Assembly: GCF_963853765.1 (NCBI RefSeq)
Contig: NC_088854.1
Coordinates: forward strand, 24,304,001-24,368,000
DNA from: Magallana gigas
Lineage: Eukaryota
DNA: 64,000 nt
Reading direction: 5' to 3'
Positions 13,991-24,198 of this stretch are shown here, one piece after another (within the stretch, counting starts at the first letter, position 1; each line of letters starts with the position of its first letter). The notes under the pieces are model-generated. The model saw only the letters and a program-made list of their open reading frames with translations, did not search any database and was not told where the DNA came from. The translations under genes and the position numbers were made by a program.

Positions 13991-14727
13991 AGATGGATTA
14001 CGCCACCGACCGTGCCGACAGTGACAATTTATAATTGTGAGATAACACTCTGAAAATCATGAACTGCTCTTCAATGCGGCCCCTGACTACACAAACAGTT
14101 ATCAGCGTTTGTACGCCATCAATTGACTGTTTTCTCTGTCACATCTGGGTAAAGTAAAGGATGTGTAAAAGGAATGAAAAACACCCCAATGAAAACTTTA
14201 AAAAATAAATTGCCTTAGGTTTATTGTCAGATATTCTCATAGCCACAACATTTTGAGGCAAATTAATGAATTGTTTGCTAATTGGAGAAGAGAAACAACT
14301 CCTATATATATATAGCATATTATAATCTGTTTATTATGAGATTTCTAGGATGTACATGTATGTCTATCTTTCCATGTCAAATAAATGCTACTTTGATTGA
14401 ATGGACATTTTTTAGAATGAGATTCTGAATATAAAATCAAACTCAACAAAAGACAAACAGGGTAAAAGAAACGAATTAAATGAATGAAGTAACAACAATT
14501 ACTTTGATACTGTACATAAGTCAACATAAAGATACGAAAAAACACATACATGTAAAAATCCAATTATGCTTACTTTTCAAAAAATTCTGCTTACTTCTAA
14601 TCGGCAAGTAATGATTTGCACATATCATAGAGCTACAGATGAACAGGCCTCATCAAAATCACACATTCAATACAGAAATTCATATAACATTAATCTGAAT
14701 TACCTATTTTCTGTAAAAATATAAAAA

Positions 14728-14731
<4 letters not shown>

Positions 14732-14766
<35 letters not shown>
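14732..14766. repeat. (TC)n microsatellite
   Basis: Pure TC run. Confidence 0.95.
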
Positions 14767-14768
<2 letters not shown>

Positions 14769-15937
14769 TAATATATTAATTAAAAAAATAAAAATGAAAT
14801 AGAACATGCTGTATACAAAATGAAATACATGTAAAATAAATTTTCAAGGAAACTAAAGCATATTTTCATTATAGTAAAAATTTGTACTATGTTTTACAGT
14901 TCAATAATTAAGAACTTAATTTTTCAGTAGGTTTTCCCATACTAGTATCTTATAAGTATTTCAATTGTCAGCTCATAGCATTTAAATACTGTTGATATTT
15001 CAGCCAAAAAATAAATTGAAAACTGAATTAGAAGGCTTAAAGCTTTACTATATATTTAGATATGTATAATAGGTTGGCAATTTTGTACAAATGTATTAAG
15101 AAACTTTGCAAGTGTATGCTAATAATGTCACCTCAAAGGTACTCTCTAAACAAGGGAAACTTCAAAGGTAATAATATTCCACCAGACTTCTAATTTCATG
15201 TAAATAACATGTATTTTTGTGTATCTTATAAAAACTTTTATTTCTATAAATGGATATTTCTTTCTTCTAGGAAAAGAAAGATGAAGTCTAAAAAATGCAA
15301 TAAAAAAATATCACAATAAAACATTAATCAATGTTGCATTTTGCATTTGGTGACTTTAAGTGAATCTTCTGTGATACATCCTGATCATAACATGCTATTT
15401 GATTGGCTAAAAAAATCTAAACTAAATAAAATATAAGGCTTGACAATATAACAATGTTACTTCAATTAAATACATGTGTACACTTATATATTTGGCACTT
15501 TGAATGACAGGATTTTATACAATTTATTGTAATTTGTGAGGACAAATTATGCCATATTTTGTGAACTCAAATATAAATGTGGAAAAGTAGATAAAATTCT
15601 GTCCCTTTCACATTTTCACTGGACTAAGATTAATTTTTGCAGTACCAGTACTTGCCAGCACATAGTTTTGCTAATGACATTTCATTGCAAGGGCAAGAAC
15701 TTATGGTATAACCATACATGTATATGGTGAGAATTAATTTAAGGCCAAAATAGTAGCAAAATCTACCAGGCAAGTTTAAACAGTTTTTGTATTCAATAAA
15801 TTCCTGATTAATGTAAATATTCAAACATTGCATGCAGAGAACAAAGAAAAATACATGATTGCACAGATATGTGACTGTTGGTAAAATGACTGATATGATC
15901 AAATTTGCAATGGAGGGCATCTTATCTCTGGCCTCAC

Positions 15938-18107
15938 TTACAGCTTGGAGTGGGGCCGAACACTCACACTGCGGCCATTTCTGCTGATCTTGATGGCAAC
16001 TTCCAATCCTTTGCAGATCTGGTCTAGAACATGGAACGGTACAGACTTGTTGACTGGCAAGTACACAACGTGGTCTATAAGATAGCGAGCCTCATGGGGG
16101 TAGTAATGAATCAGGGGGGCAAAGTAGTCCAGGTGGGGGTTCCACTTCTCTGGTTCAATTATGTTCAACTGCGTGGCGCCTCGATATGCATCAATGCCCA
16201 TGGCATTCAAAATCTTGACTATAGTATCAGGATTTTCCTATGAATAGAAACATACTGTTTTATATGCCACAACTACCAGGTATACTTATTGTATTGGTTC
16301 TCATGTCCCCCTACATTAGATCAACTGCTGCAGCATTGAGTTATTTCATTGCAATATTTATCTTGCAAAAAAATTGTTTTCCTTATTAATTTTATCTTGC
16401 TTGAAAATTAAAAGATTAATGAAATTGCTATACTAACCACTAATATAGGGTAAAGCCAGTAATTGTTTACTGAACACTCTCCCCCTACCAGTGTCACACA
16501 GTCTGGCAGCCGCTCACGGACATACTCTCCCTTTATATTTGACGTTTTGAACTCCGCTGGCTTGAAGTTTTTGAGTCTGTGTAGTAGGGTATACAGAAGG
16601 GCAGCAGACGGCTGTTGGCGAATTCGGAGAACCATGTCACTTGGAAAACCCCTCAACATTTTTATAACGTATTGTTTGTGGTCTATATTGAGTGTCCGTG
16701 TGAGCCACATGGCTGGTTTGACCACTTGAGGACAGTCCAATAGCAAGTATACCAGAAAATATTTGGTCAACTTCTTGAAATATTCCCGCTGCTTTTGCAC
16801 AGGATATGCAGAGTTTCGTCTTGACATTTTCTCATATAATTCATCATCCCTGATTTTTGCTATAGCACCACCGAAGGCTGTTGAAGGTTTAATCACACCA
16901 AAACTAAAAAGAGCTAAATCTGTCCGCGGGTTTCCTAACCAATCAAATCCACAGAAAGACTCGGCACAATCCTCTATAACGAATATATTGCGTTCCCGGG
17001 CAATGTCTATTATGCTATCCATCTCTACTAACTTTCCGTATATATGAGCTACTAATATAGCTACTGTTCTGTCTGTTATAAGGTGCTTCAGCTGATCTAG
17101 CTTGGGACTCGTTCTCTCTATATCCACATCCCATGGAACAACCTTGTCACAATTTTAAAAAAGATTTTATATTATTTTTGCTGAGTGGTTTGGTATTGAC
17201 ATTATTTCTATTAAACAAAAATGAAACATTGTTTTTGGTAAATGATGAAAACAACTTATAAATCAATTAAAAATAGCTTCAGCATGAATACTTCCTGCTT
17301 GGCAGAATTTACAAATATGTATTCTGTCTAATTTTTTTAAAATATATCTACTCAGTCTTATCCACTGGCTGTGAGGGGGATAACTCTTTTATTTATCCAA
17401 TGACTGGGTCCATTTCTGTAGGAATTTCCTGGGGAAATGGTCCATATCAAGGGTTTGATGAAAGAGCCTCATGTATCCTCTACTCATATTCAGTGAATAA
17501 TTTTTATATAATGCATTCAATCATTGTCTAATGAATTGAGAAACAGATCAAAATAGCATTAAACTAATCATATATTTGAAACACAGTATTTGATCTAAAA
17601 GAATCATACAAATTATCTTTCGATAATTCAATGAAGTTATTATGGATATCTTCTGAAAAGAGTGTCAACATAGAGAAATCACCACCCATTATCAAGGCAC
17701 AGGAAATTTTTACCAGGTACACATGTAATGTAAGAATCCAATTGTGAAAATGGTTTAAATTTTATCTGACAGAAGTCAGTGGAAATATAAATGTACTATA
17801 ATGGCAATGTCAAATGTTTGACTATGTGTGCCTTATTTCTGTGTATGTACCTTCAGTCCGTGGTGTTTAATGATGTATACCATGTCTGGAATATTGATGG
17901 CAGACATAATGACCTCTGACCCTGGAGGATAATTTTTCACTTGTAAAAACAAGTCTAAACCAGTTCTAACTGACAGGCAAGGGAGTACACAGTTCTGATT
18001 GGTTGGAGTGGTCCACATCTGTTTCAGCTCTTGGACTGCTTGTTCTCTGTTGCCACAACATTTCAGGCACCGTGATGCTGCTCCAAAAATGTCTGCAAAT
18101 TCTGCAT
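15938..18107 (-). CDS. DegT/DnrJ/EryC1/StrS-family PLP-dependent aminotransferase-like protein with C-terminal SKL; 5' exon(s) not resolved
   Basis: Exons 18107-17851, 17142-16438 and 16237-15938 join in phase via GT-AG introns (at least 420 aa). Family motifs: SVRTGLDLFL, PPGSEVIMSAINIP, VVPWDVD, AILVAHIYG, VIEDCAES (PLP-binding Asp), FSFGVIKPSTAFGGA (Schiff-base Lys position), YWLYP, GID, YLPV. Ends PHSKL-stop. The first recognised exon starts in phase 1, so the start codon lies further upstream. Confidence 0.88.
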
Positions 18108-20230
18108 CTAGTTAAAAAAAAAGAAGGATGAAAAATAACCCAACTTGCTTACCACATTAAAAAGAAATTATAGATTTTATTCCCCCATTGAAGAAAAAAG
18201 TTTGATTTTGGTTCCAGGGAGCAAATGATCTTTATAGTATACACTATGTACATTTTTTTCAGAGTTTGAATCTTTTATTGTTAAAGTTATTCAAAACACA
18301 TCTACTGGTACACATCATGCAAGCTTTTAAATTCATCATTTGAATAATAAAACACAAATATTTTAAAACCTCTCCATTTAAATTCATTTGTCAATTTGAG
18401 ACATGAAATGGTTGTTTGAGCACATAAATCTGTGCTAAAAGTGTAACGCAAATCAATACATTTCTGCTGGTTAAAACAATCCACATACCAATGTATACAC
18501 ACGTGTAAGGCAAAATAGAACTGGCAGATTTATCTCTGAAAGCCATTATAGGTTTTGTCTTTTTCCTTGGTTTCAGCCAGTTCCTGAATTCAATGATAAA
18601 AAAAATAGCAGGTTAAGTTAAAATTTGAATGAAAATGATTCTCTTTCAAACTACACAAACTATAGTATTTTGCTATGTTAATATAAATCATAGAAATGTA
18701 CATACAAAAGGCTTACCAGGTAAATAATTGATATTAAAGCTTAACTGGGGTGGAGAAACTGATTAAATTATGCAGGGGTATCCTGCATCAATTATAACAA
18801 TATATGGTTTTCCATGCACCACGGAGTAATATAGGTTTTCCTTTACGTACATAGTTATTTACCAAGTCATGGTAGTGAAATTACTTTGAATTGTTACTCA
18901 AAAGCACTGTTTAGATAGATATTAGACAGTAGGATATAGTATTCATTGCAACAACTCATGTCAAACTGCACTGTGAAATTGTCATAATAAACACAAAGCT
19001 TTTGCCTATTGGGAATTACCAGTACTGCTACATTTATATTTTCCCCAACAAACACAGATAGACAGTAAGTGTGCGATTAGCTTCATCACATGTACATATG
19101 CACATCTGCTATAATTCATTCAGAGTACTCAAGTACTCATGCAAAAGCATTACTGATAAGTAGCTTCAAGTTGGCAACTATTTCAATCCACAGTTATGTC
19201 ATTATTTTGAATGTCTAAAAAAATGTGTTGTGTTAATTAAGATTTAGTTAGGTTAGTTGTTGTTCTCTTTGTAAAAACTTTCACTCTGGACAAAATAAGC
19301 TAGTACCTCCACGATTTTCTGAACTGCCAAGATGTAAATTTAATGTTTTTTTGTTGTTAATGGAACAAAGCAACTTGCTACACATGTACTTTATGTGTCA
19401 TGTGGTTTATCTAAGAACTTAGCTGAGTGTTCTCATAAATGTTCAATTTTAAATGATGAGTCAAATACAATATACATGCTGCATTTTCATATACAATATA
19501 CATCTACAAAGTATCTAGTATTATCTTGGTACACATCATCTTCCCAAGTTAAGGGTTTCTGATCCACACCTCTCCTCACAAAGAGGGGAGCAGAGTGCAC
19601 AAAATGCCCTTGGCTAGCAAACTTTAAGATGGGTACACATGTACATATTATGTTGAATATATCACAACTTCATTGCTACTTATTTGGTGGAGTATGTTTC
19701 ACATTATACTGGTACTAAATGTTTGGTATTATTATACTGCATGCTATATAATGCCTCTAAACTTGTGGTTAGTGCATGCATGTACTTAATTCACAACCGG
19801 CATTTTACATTTTTCTCTCAACTATTTCCCAAAATTCTAAAATACTAGTATGATGTCAGTAATTCAGATGACATAAAAAACAATTATTGTTGCAAATGTA
19901 AAAATAATTCATAAAAAAAAATTACTATTTAATAAGATATTTCAATTGTAATTAAAACATAGAACAGTTTCAGAGTTACTATAGATATCTGCCAAAGAAG
20001 ACCCTTTAAAGGCAAAAAGTAATGCCATAAGTTCGCAATAACATGACAGCATTTTTTTTTTTAAGGTTAAGGAAGTAACTTTCTTATCATATAATATGCA
20101 AATAGCTTTTTGGGAGAAAATGACATTTATTGAGCAAACTACTTTAAACACATTATGCCGGAATATGTAAATTGAAGAGCAGAAGAGCTGAAATACATGT
20201 ATCTACAACAGTTATGATGTAACAGGTTTT

Positions 20231-20973
20231 TTTGTTATACTTTCATGTTAAATACTGAAATCTGATTGGTTAAGACGAAGTTCATAATCTGTTCTATTAC
20301 CCTCAGCGTTAGCAACGCACTTAGCAACGGGTAACATTAAAAAATGTTACATGCGCGAAAATTATGCGCGTACGGTTTGCTGTAGAATTCACGTTATTCC
20401 TATATAAAAGCAGTAAAATTTTCTTAAAAATTAAGACATTCAGTATTATATAAATAGTGCCTGTTTGGGAGGGTAACAGTTGAAATTGACACCCCGAGAA
20501 AACCATTGTCAACCGACGCGAAGCGGAGGTTGACAATGGTTTTCGAGGGGTGTCAATTTCAACTGTTATCCTCCCAAACAGGCACTATTTATTTTGTTAT
20601 ACTGAATGTCTTTTTTAAAATTTTTAAGAAAATTTTACTGCTTTTATATAGGAATAACGTGAATTCTACAGCGAACCGTACGCGCATAATTTTCGCGCAT
20701 GTAACATTTTTTAATGTTACCCGTTGCCAAGTGCGTTGCTAACGCTGAGGGTAATAGTATTTATTATTAACTGCGTCTTAACCAATCAGATTTCAGTATT
20801 TAACATGAAAGTATAACAAAACAAAATAAATAGTGCCTGTTTGGGAGGATAACAGTTGATATTGACACCCCTCGAAAACCATTGTCAACCTCCGCTTCGT
20901 GTCGGTTGACAATGGTTTTCTCGGGGTGTCAATTTCAACTGTTACCCTCCCAAACAGGCACTATTTATATAAT
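20231..20973. mobile_element. Palindromic/hairpin non-autonomous element (about 590-bp palindrome plus an inverted second copy of its central hairpin)
   Basis: 20231-20820 reads as an inverted repeat (tttgttatactttcatgttaaatactgaaatctgattgg ... ccaatcagatttcagtatttaacatgaaagtataacaaa) centred on ccgacgcgaagcggag (20513-20528). 20812-20973 is the reverse complement of the inner module about 20446-20600. Confidence 0.8.
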
Positions 20974-20975
20974 AT

Positions 20976-20979
<4 letters not shown>

Positions 20980-21022
<43 letters not shown>

Positions 21023-21049
21023 CTTTCTCTCTCTCTTTCTCTCTCTCTC
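20980..21049. repeat. (CT)n microsatellite, imperfect
   Basis: CT run directly abutting the hairpin element. Confidence 0.95.
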
Positions 21050-21816
21050 CACTTACCAACAACATTTGACAGAACTGCTCTACTAGCTGTTGTTTACCAT
21101 CTCCAATATATTTTCAGGGATCACTGAAAAAGATACTACATAATTTATATTCTGGTTCTTTGCCTCACACATGAATTGGCAATGTCAAAATTAAAGGTCT
21201 TTAATGTATAATGTCATCTACTTTATATACTCATCCAGGGTATAGCAGCTTTTCTGCAACAACGGTAACAAATATACATTTTTTTTCACAATTAAGTTGT
21301 CAGAAGTACATTTAAAGATATAGATCAAAATAGAATAAAAAAAAACTCAGTAGAGTTATGCCTGAACTTACACCAACGGCATATAATTAATCTTTTTTAA
21401 GTGGCATTGTTTCACTTACAATAAAAATAATCTTTGAGATATGTTATATAACATACAAAATTATCACAGTGATGCATAAATATATATACATAATACATGT
21501 ATAGGGACTGGATCAATAAACATTCTTTCAGGATATATACATGTACAGCCAGGTTATTTTTATGTTAAATCCTGATACATATTAATAATAGATTTTGATT
21601 AACGGTATCAATACAAATATTAAAAATGTTCTAAACATGCTCATAATTTTTTCCCCTAAATTTCCAGTAGAATTTCAACACATGTACCAGGTAATATATG
21701 TATATATCAAGCAAATAAAACCTCATTTAAAGAGGGAATGCAATACAAAACTATAAGAACTATAATGCACAGTACAATGTACTTGAATACTCAGTGCATG
21801 TAATAAACTGTAAGAG

Positions 21817-22150
21817 TTTGACGACTGGTTTGAATACCAGCACCGGATAGCTCAGTGGGTAGAGCACCTGACTAGATATTCAGGGGGTTCGGTTTGAATC
21901 CCCGTCTGATCTTCATTATTTCTCCCCTTCCCCGCCGACCCTGGAACTTACAGCTTAACTCCTACCAGGGTACAGAGCCTGGGGTGACCTTCAAGGGCAA
22001 AGATCATATAAGGGAGGAGGAATGCAATGATCAGTGTTCTGCGAATACCGACGCAAAATAGCCTATTGGGTAGAGCACTTGACCAAACTAAGAACTCGGA
22101 GAACTGTGTTCAAATCCTGGTCTAGTCATTATTTTTCCCATCCCGTTACA
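21817..22150 (+). mobile_element. Degenerate TRIM (miniature LTR retrotransposon) with tRNA-like LTRs, Helenus-like
   Basis: Two diverged direct repeats (about 21817-21930 and 22023-22150), each with an A-box-like ...GGGTAGAGC and a B-box-like motif (GGTTTGAATCC; TGTTCAAATCC). A polypurine tract AAGGGAGGAGGAA lies immediately before the second repeat, which runs TG...TTACA. No PBS or TSD could be recognised. Confidence 0.65.
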
Positions 22151-22226
22151 ATATCAATTTACCTTTTCATAATTATAGCTCAATATGATGCCTTCAATAT
22201 TTTAATCACTGCAATCATTTATCGAT

Positions 22227-22800
22227 AAACAACAAGAAAAAAGCTGTCAATGTGACGGCAAACAGGGATTTCTTTTACGTGAATTACTGTATTCATAATC
22301 CATGTAAACCCTGAATTGATACACACTACCTATCCGGAGAAATGGAGTACCCTATACACAATATTCTGCGAGAAATGACTAAGTAAGTTCAACAGCTGGT
22401 ATTTTTTTTATATATTATCAAAACTCAAAATCCAAGTAATATGCACATCTCTATAATATATGTACAATTGATCTGTAAAACAACAACTTCCTATCTCGAA
22501 AACTGTAGGAGGGGATATCCGTACAATAAGGTTACCCTAAATGCAATATTTTACAAGAAAATGAGTAAGTTCAACAGCTGGTATTTTTTTCATAAATTAT
22601 CAGAAATCAAAATTCTAGCAAAATGCACACCTCTGATATATGTACAATTGATCTGCAAAAGAACGACTTCCAATCTTGAAAACTGTAGGAGGAGTTATCT
22701 GTACAATATGGGTACCCTTTTGGCAGCCGTCCACTTGCCTAAACGCCATTTTCACCATTTCAATGACTTTTTCCTTTGGAAAACTTGGTTAACAAAATAC
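22227..22800. mobile_element. Helentron/HINE-like non-autonomous element with internal about 182-bp tandem repeats
   Basis: taagttcaacagctgg recurs at 22384 and 22566, and aaaactgtaggagg at about 22499 and 22679. Starts aacaag...agctgtc and ends in a cctttggaaaacttggttaa hairpin-like tail. The family assignment is by resemblance only. Confidence 0.55.
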
Positions 22801-24198
22801 TTTCTTTGGTGATTCATGCGGGATATGAAGGTGGCAACATTGCAGAAAAAATATGTAAGCCAACTGTTAGAGGGTTTTGTAAATTTTTACTGCAATGATC
22901 GCTACCTTCATAACCCGCATGAATCATCAAAGAAAGCATTTTATTGTTTATAATTACATCTTTCTTGTAACAAATCAAATCAATTTACTGTTAGTGTACA
23001 CCAGTACATTAGCTAAGAAAAGCCAAATTGTTTCCTATGGAAATTTGAGTCTGTCAGTGACATCATCACAATTATTTCATGCAACTCATGATTTTTCTTA
23101 GGTCTCTGCAGCCTGCATATTTCAGTCCTATCTGTTCTATAGAGCTAATCTAATTTATTCAATTATATCTGATATCTAAAATTAAAGTAAACTAATAAAT
23201 TAAATGGGATGAAATAAAACATTAGACAAATAAGATCCTACTTGAATTAGATATACATGTCGATGATGAACACTAAATATTTCAATAAATAACATTCAGA
23301 ATACAAGTAAAAGGCCATATGTAAAAATAAGAATGCCAATTACTTGTATATCTTCAAGGCACATATTGACAAAACAGATTAAACTCTTTTATTCGATCAT
23401 TGTACATAGATATTAGAACAGGTCAAAATATTTTATGAGGATTTGGTGCTCATTTAGGGACATATGCTAGAAAGAAGATTGGGGAAAGTCCTTAAAACTT
23501 GATCTGAATTAATTGTCTTTTTAAAATAGCTGTGAAAATTTTAAAAAGTTTATTACCATACATCATGTGTAATAATCTATTTAATTGTGAAGAATTTTTT
23601 AAACAAAGACATTTTTAAAGCAAATTAAAGGTACACATTTCATGACTTTGAATAAAAGATGAACAAACTTAAAAAAGATATATCAAACCTGTTGATTAGA
23701 TAAAGCATTTGATTTGTGGTTTATGTGTAATAGCCGGTATGTTTCATATTCATTCAGAATTTCCATTTATGATCGTCTCAAAAGCGCCACATTAATTACA
23801 GTAGCTTAAGGTAAATTTACTACATCCGCCATCAAAACTGGACTCCTTACTATTTATAATATAGTGTTGACCACCTTTTATAACAAATTATGTCATATTG
23901 TCTATATGTGACTCAAACTGTTCGTCAGTCAATGACGACCAACATAACTCCGATATATTTTTTTTATACTCAACCAGATAATTATGAAATAGAAAGTCAC
24001 AGTTTCTAATCTTACCTTCATTTCCTCAAGTTTACATCTGTCAGGATTTAGCCCATATTAGAGCGATGTAGACTAAGCCAGTCTTGACCTCAGAGTGAAG
24101 TTGTCAACTTCCCAATTTCGTGGATTAGTTGAATCCCTGAATATCAAACCCGATAAACAAGACATCGGGATCGGTATTCAAGAGGGGACTTAGAGAAC

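Noticed and set aside
15938-18107. Bacterial contamination or recent horizontal transfer of the DegT-like gene
   Set aside because: The gene has canonical spliceosomal introns, host-like composition and a eukaryotic targeting signal; any transfer would be ancient.
18717-18860. First coding exon of the DegT-like gene (MYVKENLYYSVVHGKPYIVIIDA or the segment ending at the 18716 donor)
   Set aside because: The MYVKEN frame has no GT donor in the required phase before its stop, and the segment with a good donor shows no recognisable family similarity. Left unresolved.
20321-21127. Three similar short ORFs (MSTSASRRLTMVF...) as a small gene family
   Set aside because: They are translations of the palindromic hairpin module in its different orientations.
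21845-21910. Functional tRNA gene
   Set aside because: A and B boxes are present, but acceptor and anticodon stems do not pair convincingly, and a second diverged copy plus a polypurine tract point to a retroelement LTR.
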